The notes beneath the pieces are model-generated. The model saw only the letters and a list, made by a program, of their open reading frames with translations, did not search any database and had not been told where the DNA came from. DNA of 64,000 nucleotides. It comes from Paraspadella gotoi (taxonomy: Eukaryota > Animalia > Chaetognatha). The position numbers and the translations under genes are program-made. Below are positions 1-10,624 of the stretch, piece after piece (within the stretch, counting starts at the first letter, position 1; the number at the start of each line of letters is the position of its first letter). The stretch lies in assembly GCA_051294375.1 (NCBI GenBank), contig CM119263.1, positions 19,806,115 to 19,870,114 on the forward strand, written 5' to 3'.

Positions 1-361
1 ATTCCGATGTATTATCATCGGCTTTAAGAGAAACTTGCAAGGATTTCAAATGAGTGGAATTAACCGATTCAGACGAAATTAGACCATCAGTAGGGGTAAA
101 CTCTGACAAATTTGACGAACTCTGCGATTTGGAAGAAGCGCTAAAGGGTGTTTCTTGGATTCCCGTGTCCAATTCGCCATCTGAATTAGGATCCATGGAA
201 AAATATTCAGATTCTTCATCCGATCGAGGATGGTCGCCGCGTCCTTTGTCACAAAGTAGGCCATTAATATTCATGTCATCAATGTTTTTTAATGGCTCTT
301 GATCCTCGAGTTGACCGGTCTTCTCCATGGCCGTTTTGAAAGATCTCGCGCTTAAGTTTAA
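1..361 (-). CDS. Internal coding exon of a minus-strand gene running off the window edge; S/D/E-rich, unknown product
   Basis: The minus-strand acceptor ttttctttttAG at 363-362 is followed by a stop-free frame to position 1 (LNLSARSFKTAMEKTGQLEDQEPLKNIDDMNINGLLCDKGRGDHPRSDEESEYFSMDPNSDGELDTGIQETPFSASSKSQSSSNLSEFTPTDG...). It is absent from the ORF track because the stop lies outside the window. Confidence 0.6.
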
Positions 362-1097
362 CTAAAAAGAAAAATAAATAGATTAAGAAAATATAAAAAA
401 TTATAGCGAGTAAATTCAATGACCGAGAGCAATAGGTTAGTGGCGATCGATTTTTTGTTCGAAATAATTTCCTTCAAGAAAAATACATAAAGAGAAAGAA
501 GATTGTCGGTTATAAATTATAATAAATTATAATGACAAACTTTTCCAATCTTGGGGGTTTACGCTTTTTAACTTCGAAAGTTTCTGATCTTTGAAGTAAA
601 TCTTTGTCATATAAATTTAAATTTTTTTTGAAAAAATTAAGGCAACGCTGGGAAATAAATCAGAATCTGCGACGCTGTTTCGTTTGTTCTCCTTTTGTTC
701 TCATTTTGGTAAAGTCCATTTCTATACAAATTCTCAGAAATATTTTAATTTCAGGGCCTCAAAAAATTTTGCGCTTACCTGCCTAGACTGTATTATAATA
801 ATATGTAAAAAGAGGAACTGTATTTAGCTCATTTTGAATGACGATAAAAACAAACAAAGAAATACCAAATATAAAACAAAGAAAGAACAACAAATGAACA
901 AATTAACGAAAACCAGACGCCAGGCTGAATAGAGATGTAATAAAAAAATCAGAATAGAAATTTGTTTTATTTAAAAGTTATAAACAAACTATATCTACTT
1001 AAATATTTAGACTTCAGTTTTTACAAATTATTGCAATATAATCATTTCTGTTAGACAAGTGATAAAAAAAAAGTTTGTCATCCATCACTAAATTGGA

Positions 1098-1353
1098 TAT
1101 GAAATTGGTACAACCAATATAAAAATTATCCATTCATTTAATAAATAAGCTATCTTGCCCCTGACTTTGGACAGGCTTTGGTGGTTTCAGGCCTCCATCA
1201 CTCTTACAAGATAATTACATAGCAGGTCCCTGCAAGCTTTCAATCAAGACTCTCTCACAGTCCCGTTTATTCACTCCCAGAGTACCTGGCTTCCCTATCA
1301 ATGAAGTGGAAAATATTTCAAAGAATGTTTCAATTGTATGAAAAGACCACTCC
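1098..1353 (+). mobile_element. Dispersed repeat family A, full-length copy (~255 bp)
   Basis: Near-identical to the reverse complement of 36023-36276. It begins TATGAAATTGGTACAACCAATATAAAAATTATCC. Confidence 0.9.
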
Positions 1354-2339
1354 CTTAAGTATTAGATCGGGGAATACTTATTGTACTCCGCACTAGCATC
1401 ACTAGCATGTTATTGCTATGTCCGCACCTTTATTCTTTCTCTCCCTTTCTGACTATTATTTCGAGTACCTTATCAGTTTGGACTTCCACTTTTGACTTCA
1501 ACTTTAAAAATAATTTTTGAGTCATTTTTCTTAAGTGCTCGCGATTTATGAGAAATTGTTAGATCCGAATGATTCCTATAAATATCTCAATTCCCAGATA
1601 TGTTATATAATATATATATATTCTCAGTTCGTTCATGTGCTTTTTTTTCAAGAACTATTATCGAAGGAATTCCAGTCTGTTTTCCTAAATTTCTTTCTGC
1701 TCCCTTTATTGTACTAATATTTTCTTTGTAATTTTTTTTTTATCAATATATTTCTAAAACAATCTTTCTATATACAGGGACATATATTCGTTCTAATTTT
1801 ATTCACGTCTGTTTTCTTTTCCTATTTTTTTTTTTCGAGTTTCCCGGTTTCTCCTTCATTCCACTCGAAATATTTTGTTTGTTTTGATTCGACTTTAGAA
1901 GTTGAGATTCTCGCTTCGGTTTTTCTCTACATTTTCACCTTCCCAAGTTCCCAACTCCTTTGCCCTCTTTTCAAATTGGTTACATCGTTACAGAATAGAA
2001 TCACTTTCCCCAGTTTCCGTTTCCTCCTGATTCCTCTTTTTTTCCTCATTTTTAAAATCCTCGACACCCCAGTATCTTAGTAATTATTTCCCTGAAACCG
2101 TATCTGTGCCTCCACGCTTTCTAATTTTCTCCTCCCTCCCTTTTTTCGGAGCGAATCCTTCTCATTTTCCTCTATTCTTTACTGGCAACCTTCTTCGTTC
2201 TCCAACACCGCCTTCTTACGGTATTTTACTCCAATGAAATATATTCATAATCGCTAGTCTTTTTAATTAATAAAAATGTCGGTAGTATAGCGCTGACTAA
2301 ACTGCTTAGTTTCGGGGCGGATTTTCGTTCCTCCCGAAA

Positions 2340-2480
2340 ATAATTAGGCGTGGTCAACCGGAAGTGAGCTCGTTTGACCGGAGTTTTCGTCTTTGAGGAG
2401 CGAGGGAAAACCGTCCCAAGTCGATTGGAAAATTTCGGTCGAGTGGGCGAGCCCGTCGGGAAAAAGGAGGTCGATTAATT
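2340..2480. promoter_or_regulatory. Candidate CpG-rich promoter with ETS-type motif CCGGAAGTG (2358-2366)
   Basis: A CpG-rich patch between the minus-strand gene at the left edge and the plus-strand ATG at 2783. Motif match only. Confidence 0.3.
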
Positions 2481-2782
2481 TGGAAAAGGAGTTTGATTGG
2501 CTCTCGAAAAAAAAAAAAAATTGTTCCTAGGGAGAAGATACGACGTAGTTTTGGTGAATATTTGATTATATTGATAATTTGATTATTGAAAAAAAAATTA
2601 TTTTGTTTATTTTATATATATATATATATATATATCATTTAAAAAAAGAGGAGGCATTGCTTGAAAATAAAATGAACGAAAACGAGCCCGTCTCCACTTT
2701 CAGAAAATCATCATTTAGACATTTACGAAGCTGAATTTCCATCTTCGCTGATTTTCGAACGACGCGACACACCGCGACGGAG

Positions 2783-4156
2783 ATGGCCGACCCGAGCCAC
2801 CCGCAGTCGGTCGTCGACCCAAAGCTTCTCGACGTCCTCCAAATAGAGTGCGGAAAGGCTCGTCCGCCGCCGCTCAGATCCACCGTTAAAAATGAGTGAG
2901 TCGATTTGGTTTTAGTTTTAGTTAAAGTTTACTGTTGTATATCTCGGGCCATTTTCTCGTCACCAACCTCTTTAAACTCACCTTCCAACCCCCCACCCCG
3001 GCCCTCCCCTTTCGAACCAACCCTCGACAGCTTCCTCCGCAACTGCATGTTCGATTCCAACGAAGCCGCTTCCTCCGCGAAATTCGTCGCCGCCTTCCGG
3101 CCCACAAGGACGGTCGGCCTCGATGAGCCCATGACCAAGGAGGAACGAGCGGAGAAGCTCAAGGAGGTCCTCAAGAAGTATACGTCCGAGGAGAAGATGG
3201 AGTTTATGGAGGAGGTGAGTGGAGGGGTGGGTGGGTGCCGTTGCTTTTTAAAGAGGATTAGAGGGAAATCTTATACGTGGTGACAATTTTACAAGCGCCG
3301 GTAAAAAAAAAGCTGTCATTTGCAAACCCATGAAGATTTTTTCAATGTTAAATATGAATTTAAAAGTAAAAACCGAAACTATTTATATATGCAAATTTCA
3401 TCAGAATCGACTTTGATATGCCTCAGCAATGATAGCAGGAAGATAGATTTGAAAATCGTCTATAATTTTTTGCCTTAATAACAATCAATCTATAACTTTG
3501 CCGTAAAATCTACGATTAATTTTAGATATTTTTGGTGTATTTGGAATGAATTATTCTTACTTTAATAACCTTTTTAGAAATTACACTGTGTAAAAATAAT
3601 TTGTAAACTAACGGTGCGCCTCGGGATGACGAGCTTGAACCAGTGACTCTGAGATGAAAAAGAATGAAGCACGATAGTTCGAGTGAAGCCGGGAACGCAT
3701 GGAAAATCTCATTGACTCGATTCGACTCGACTCGACTCGACTTTTTTAAATCAATCGGACTAAGTTGAGGCTTCCTAATTAACTCAACGAAACCGGTTTT
3801 ATTTGTCTTAATTTCATAATACAAAATCTTATTGGCTTTTTTCGCCTTGACTCAACTTGACTGGAATTTGATATTTAAAAACAATACTACGAATTAATGA
3901 TAGGATCAAGTTGATGTTTCCTAACTAACTCACTAAACTGGGTTTACTTTGCTCAATACTAAAAAATACTGAAAAATGAAGACTCGAAACTCGAGCGAAT
4001 TTAACCAACACAACTCGACCAATCCGACTCTCTCATCTTCTCAACTCGACACGATTCGATCAACTCAACCGCCCCCCTCACCCGACTCAGACTCCGCGCG
4101 TGATGGCGGAAAATCCCGGGGATTTCGCGGCGCGTGAAGACAACAAGAAAATATGA
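2783..4156 (+). CDS. Small 3-exon gene, ~120 aa, unknown function
   Basis: Exons are 2783-2895 (donor GA|GTGAGT, phase 2), 3031-3214 (acceptor cgacAG, donor GAG|GTGAGT, phase 0) and 4091-4156 (acceptor actcAG, TGA). Spliced protein: MADPSHPQSVVDPKLLDVLQIECGKARPPPLRSTVKNDFLRNCMFDSNEAASSAKFVAAFRPTRTVGLDEPMTKEERAEKLKEVLKKYTSEEKMEFMEETPRVMAENPGDFAAREDNKKI*. The first two exons are better supported than the third. Confidence 0.65.
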
Positions 4157-4300
4157 AAGAAGGGGAAAACAGATTGGGCGCGGAGACATTGGAAGGGAAG
4201 GGGGAAAGAGGAGAAGAATGAGGGCTTTGAATTGTCGGGGCGTGGACGGGCTGAGAGTGAAACCAAATAGAGGGACTCGAAAATAATTGAGTGAAATGTG

Positions 4301-4417
<117 letters not shown>

Positions 4418-5707
4418 TACAGTATAAAAAAATTGTATCTTTCAATCATGGTCCTAATTAGATTTGAAGCACATTTCCTTTTTTTCTTTTTTTTTTCGTC
4501 CGTGATTTCGTCCTTTTCTGCACCTGCTCCGCAGAGTAACTTTAAACTTGAAATAGTCCATCATCTTAAATTAGGGGAAAAACGACAGGACAAAAAAAAA
4601 TTGTCTGACGAAGATTGTTATGATTCTGCAATCTGCAGTCACCACTTCACCTGTATATACCCAGTTACCCAACCAATCACACGAGGGTGAAATTCACTAC
4701 TTTGATTCAAAGTTTGATTCGAGCTTTCCTGAATTTTACCATTAAAGTAAACATTGTAAAACATCTAGCATGTAGCGTGGTTGTGGATTGTGGAATTTTG
4801 GGGCAAACATTCGATATTTTGTTCACGTGATTGCAATCGACTGCTTTACGCGCGACGACTATGAATTTGAAGCTGTAAAGTTTGGAATTGGCGTTGAGAT
4901 TTTTAAATCACAACTTTTTAAGGTTGGTGGGGAGACTGTGTGAGTGACTTGTAGTTTGGAGTTAAGTTGAGTGTAGTTTTAGCGAAGTGTAGTCACGGAC
5001 CGAGGACTGAAGAAATTCACAACGTCAGTTCTGATGATTGATGAAAATTAGCACTGACGCCAAAAGGGTGTTAAATAAAGTGCTACCAAGCAAACGAAAC
5101 ATTTCGTAAGATTTTATGACGCATTATTTCCTTTTGTTTCACCATTAGTCGTAAGAATTAAGTTCTGTTAAGTATTAACTCATTCTTTATCAAAGAAGTC
5201 TGCGTCCGACACCCAGAGCATCTAAAACTGATGAACGTCGAAGTCGCTGATCGCCTGAATTTGACGTTGGATTCGACGATGACGAAAACGACGTCGACAA
5301 TGACGACGACAACGAAACTGACGCTGACGCGGCGATTTTCGAGGTAATAAAGTTTTATTGATAATCTCCCATTGTGAGCCGAAAGCAAAAACCCGACGAA
5401 AACAGAGAAGAGGAAATAATGCGACAACCGCTTTGACGTCATTGGGAAACGGCGTGACGCTTTCACGCCTCGCGGAACGTGACGCGGCCGCCGAACTCCT
5501 CTGGCGCCGTCATCTTTCACTGACCTCCTGGTCACTCGACGTCACCAAAGCGTCCATGGTGACGTAAAGTTAAGTCACTTGTCAATTCGCGCGCATCAGA
5601 GAGGAGCTCGTCACAGCTGAAGCTGAATTTATAATACATTGTTAATTAATTTATGGAAATCGTACCCATTATAATTATGATTCTTCCTTGAATCCCGAGT
5701 ATCTTAA

Positions 5708-6581
5708 GGGGACCAAGTGAACAGGGGGGGTAAAAAGCTGAAACATAACGTTTGACCCTTTAACTTAAGCTGGTTCTGATCATATAATTTTTTCTTCTAT
5801 AATCATTTGGGAAAGTAGTTAAAAAATTCGATAAAATCAGCGAGCTTAATTTTCTTTAAAAAATCGGTAAGAAGAAAATCTTTTTCAAGTTTAAATTTTT
5901 TTTTTCCAAAAAAGGGTAAGATCTAATTTTAAAAAGATTTTCAGCTTTTAACACAAAAATTTATAAGAAAAAAAACTAGGAATGAATCAAAATTTAAGGT
6001 ATCGACTGATTTTATTTAAACTTTCTTTTCAAATGATTCTGTTAATTGGAATGAAAATAAAACTCTTTGAAGTAATATAAATATAAAAAGAAGAGAAAAA
6101 TTCTGTACTTTTGTTAAATTTTTAATTGTTATAATTAGGAATCAATATAGTTTAATTATACATTTAAGGGATGATATGAATATTAATTAATAATTATTAC
6201 AGTTTTGTTTCTGTAAGAAAAGAATTAAGGTTTGATTTGTCTGCTTTTAAGTAAATATAAAAATATAAAAATATTAGTCTTGTAAAGCCTTTGTTCAATG
6301 AGGCTTAAACCTAAAATTATAGCTTTGTACAGTAAAAAATAAAAAAATTGGAATTTAGTAAAATACTTTCTAATGCAAAAATAAAATAATGGATTATATA
6401 AATATTTAGGTAGGGTCAACTAAATTTTTTTTACATAATTATTAATTTTTGTTTCCGCTACAATAAGAGATAGAAATTTTTTTGCCACTTTCCCGTGCAA
6501 AAAATTAATGACTATCACCATTCAAATTCCTTTGTTGATAGACCCTTAAGCTTTGATATCATTTTTTATCACTGGGTCCCC
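5708..6581. mobile_element. Non-autonomous TIR element (MITE) with TTAA TSD and GG...CC termini, Kolobok-like
   Basis: Left end TTAA|GGGGACCAAGTGA (5704-5720). Right end TCACTGGGTCCCC|TTAA (6569-6585), whose reverse complement is GGGGACCCAGTGA (12/13 match). The interior is very AT-rich with no credible ORF. Confidence 0.75.
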
Positions 6582-8124
6582 TTAAAAAGATGATAAAATA
6601 TTTTAAAAAGTAAAAAATATCAGAAACGGCTAAGCAGTTCGCACCTGCTCTTGGCGAAATTCGAAGCTTTGACGTCAGCATAGAAAACTGAGGCGGAACT
6701 GTCGTCGTCAGGTTTCAAACGCGATTGTGACGAGTCTCTTTGTTTGTTCGAAATGCGACACCGACACCTTTCGGCGACAAAGTCAAAATGGCGTCGAAAA
6801 TGTTACACTTTTGCCTCGCTGACTCCCTTTTAGAGTGAAAAGCCAAACCGGTGTTGAGCCGCCAATAAAAAAAATTAATATTATTTAATTAATTAATTAA
6901 TTTATTAATTATCTCATCATCATCGTCGTCGTTGCTTTTGTCGTGGTCAGGGACGAAAAGACCTAAAAACAAATATTTCGGATTAATTAATTTATTAATT
7001 AATTTCCGCTAATGATCTTGGGCAGATCCGGCATTATTTGCTCAAACTTTTTTTTTCTTTGCAAATGACTGTACTTGTTCTGGTCAATTTACTTCGGAAA
7101 AATTTTCGAAGACATTTGGCAAGAGTTGGATGGCTTGTTGGCATCTTCACCTCATCGCGTGACGTGAATTAGAAAGGTGACGCCGACGACATCACCGAAG
7201 ATGGCGGCGTCGTCCAAGCCGACGAAAAAAAAAAAAAAAAAAAGAGGACAAAGAATTCGAAAGGTCTGTCGTCGTCGTCGTCGTCGTCGACGTTGCCTCC
7301 GACGACAATAACGACGACCGACGAACGACGGGAAAGGAGACGACGAAAATTATAAAGACGTGATGGGGAGGACGACGAAGACGACGACCAACATAATGAC
7401 GACGACCGCCGAAATGTCGAATAAGAAGGAGGCGATTTTCTGCTGTGGCTTAATAAAGAATCGTGTTCCTGTCAATCCGTCGTCTTCGTCATCATTTTCG
7501 TCGTCGTTGTTACCCGACGCAATCCCCGTTGAATTCGAGTACAGATTTTTTTTTTTTTTTTTTTTTTTTCGGTTGTAAATATTAAAAAGGGGAGAAGAAA
7601 TTCTCGCGGCAAATCTCGAATTCATTGATTACGTCGCGTTCTCAGACTGAACTCGTAAAATGGTGTCATTTTGATTCGAGTTTCAAGCCTCGCTCTCTTT
7701 CCTCCTCTCTGACCCAGATTTCGTCTCCTCACTTTGGTTTTGCCTCTTGATCCCTTCGAACCCACCTCGATCACTGATCCCTCGTGAGTCGATATTGTCT
7801 TACCAACTTATTGCATCAAATTAGATCATATAATTTCTCCCTCATTGTATTTTCTTCTTTTTATGCGTCGAACCTTCTATACCTCTCTGTACTTAACTAG
7901 TCCTTAGCGATGAAAATTTTCTCAGCAGTCAAAAGTTCACTTTTCCACACCCATCACCAAGACTTTCCCCCCACATTTTTCCAGATCTTTAGGGTCACGT
8001 GACCGTTTTTGAATTACGAACGTCCTTCCTATGACAGTAATCCCTCTCTCCTTTACACCCAAGGGCCTAGTACCCCTTTTCCTTTGCAGTATTTCTATCT
8101 TGCCTAATCCCTTTTTTTTCTCAG

Positions 8125-8295
8125 GCGAAAGCGACATCTAGCCGAGTTTGCCGAGCAGCGACGGAAGGTCCCGGAATCGCGACCGACTTGGCCTCTTCGT
8201 CCTCATCGTTTTCGGTCCTCAAACCGGGTCAAAAGGCCAGATCCCAGGCGTACTTGGCAGGTGAAGAGACCAAGCTTGTGGGTTGTATTGATTTA

Positions 8296-8326
<31 letters not shown>

Positions 8327-9496
8327 AATAATAAGACCAATTCCCGCGTTGAGGCAAACTAATTTTCCGACGACCACGGGGACATATATTTAGAATTTAG
8401 CTATGTTTTTGGAAAATTAGATTTAACGTATCAGACTGGATTGAGACGAGAAGAATCACGTGATGAAGATGAGGTCGTAAACTAAGGACGGTCAGTGACG
8501 GAAGTGATTGAATAAAAGACGACGAAAAAATGTGCTTCCTAATGACGCTTAGGTCAAAGAAGGCAGAGGGGGTTGAGATGTAGTGACGGAAGTGATTGAA
8601 TAAAAGACGACGAAAAAATGTGCTTCCTAATGACGCTTAGGTCAAAGAAGGCAGAGGGGGTTGAGATGTAGCGTTCGAGTAGTCCTAACAGTCGGGCGAC
8701 GACGATAATGCGTTTCTCCTACTCGCTTTTCCTAATCCTCAAGAAATTTGTAGGTCATAATGTAACCGAATCGAAATTTCTTTCCAACAACCGCTCTGTC
8801 TTTCGTGTGTTTAAATTATTTTTTGTGCCAACTTGCAAATTATATGCTTTTTTTTAGTCGNNNNNNNNNNCTCAAACTTGTTAGAAAATTAGTGGCCAGA
8901 GGTCAGAAGCCAAACCCGAGAACCCATGGGTAAACGCCACTTCTTAATGCCCGGTTCATGCTTGCAAAATTCTCTCTCTCGTTTCATTTCTTATGCAGAC
9001 TGATAACTATCGACTTTGTCATAATGTCTTCTCTGTCCAAACGCCTTTTTTCGACATTTTTCCTTTTTTGGGGGGGGGGCGAATAAAAGAGAGTTGATGG
9101 GAAGGCATTATGAGTAAGAGATAGAAGTTGAGACGGGTTAATTGTTTTAATTGTTTCACTTTTTATATTTTTAAAGAAAATTGAATTGATAGATCAGCTT
9201 TGCATCTACAAGTGTGGCAGTGTTGATGCTCCCACACCAGCATATATTTAGTCTCGGCATTTCAAAATTAACACCATATAATAGTCCAATGTTCATAATA
9301 ATATTATGCTTCACTTTCTCTAATCTCTCCAGCCTCCCCAGCGCGCGAATCTCTCTTTGTCGGTCGCGGATCGTCAGCGCTGCGGAACGCCCGCGCGTCG
9401 CTCCGCGGAGACGCATTGGAACACGGCGTCATGGAGGACGAAAGAGGGCGCGCGAGGACTCGATCCGTTACGCGGATGACCAATCAATCTACGTTG
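8125..9496 (+). CDS. Two candidate internal coding exons (8125-8260 and 9333-9496)
   Basis: Both are GC-rich with pyrimidine tract+AG acceptors and CAG|GTGAAG / TTG|GTGAGA donors. Phases 0->1 and 1->0 join in frame: AKATSSRVCRAATEGPGIATDLASSSSSFSVLKPGQKARSQAYLA-ASPARESLFVGRGSSALRNARASLRGDALEHGVMEDERGRARTRSVTRMTNQSTL. Confidence 0.4.
8494..8671. repeat. Perfect tandem duplication, 88 bp unit x2
   Basis: The unit agtgacggaagtgattgaataaaagacgacg...gggggttgagatgt starts at 8494 and again at 8582. Confidence 0.95.
8861..8870. other. Assembly gap (10 N)
   Basis: Run of n. Confidence 1.
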
Positions 9497-10624
9497 GTGA
9501 GAGAGGGAGGAATATGCCAGGAAAAAATGATTACTGGTGCGCGAGAAAAATTAAAAGTGAAGTAGGACGCTGTATTCTTGACGCAATTAAAACGACGCTT
9601 TTCTCCGACTGAGTTTTAAATTCAACAACTTTGTCATTAAATTTAACAATTTGCCGAAACGGTATTAAAGAAAAATACATTCAATCTGCTACGAAAAGCT
9701 TTACCAAATATCTTTACGACCTTACCATCGAATCATTCAAAGAGCCAAAGATAATGGCCTAGAATTCAATTTTTCGGAGCGATGGGCACTTTGGACAGTT
9801 CTGGGCCATTTGTACCCAATTGTCACTTCGGGCCGGATTGGCGACCGCTTCTCCGGCGACGGGCGGCGGCAGAGAAGAAAGAAAAAAAAAGAGGAAGGCG
9901 GAGATTCGTTCGTTCATCCTTCACTTTTATTTGTCATTCCTCCATTTTTATCGTTCGTTCTCATTATTCATTTAACGGCAAACGCCAATCCATCGATCAA
10001 AGGGATTCCGACTTTCGACCAATTCTTATTCTTGGAGCTTTCCATTTCTCTTTTGCTCGAAAGAATCCCATTATAAACGCTGAGTCAATAATTCGGAGAG
10101 AGGATGAAAATCGGATAATCTGGATTTAAGCCTTTAAAAAAATATCCTCATTTTCCAATAATGTTTCTTGAAAATCGAATTCTGTGTGTTAAATTATACA
10201 TATATACACTTGCCATAAAATTAACTGCACAAATTTTAAATGTAATATTTTATTTGGGAAAAAGAGAATTATCACGCTAATATCATAAAAAAATTCTAGA
10301 AAATTTCTAGATATCAGGAAAAGTTATGATAGCAATAATGAAATATTTCATTCGCACAACAAAAAGGGACAAAACTGTTAAAAAACTAAAAGAATTTAAA
10401 TAACAAGCGTCTTATAAAATTCGTAGAAAAGATTGGCGACGAATAAAATTAAAAATCATTTTAGAGCAGAGCTCATGGTCAAAACGTAGGTTTTCAGCAG
10501 TCATGGAAATATAACGGCTGTTATTATTGCAGTTTAGGAATGCATTGCCGAACAGTACTGTAATCTCGAGTCATTGGCACAATTTTGCTGCTGTTGATGA
10601 GATGTTGCTGCCGAGATGTTTCTC

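Noticed and set aside
3715-4075. Degenerate (GACTC)n / CAACT-like short repeats
   Set aside because: This is an eroded pentanucleotide microsatellite in an intron with no higher-order structure.
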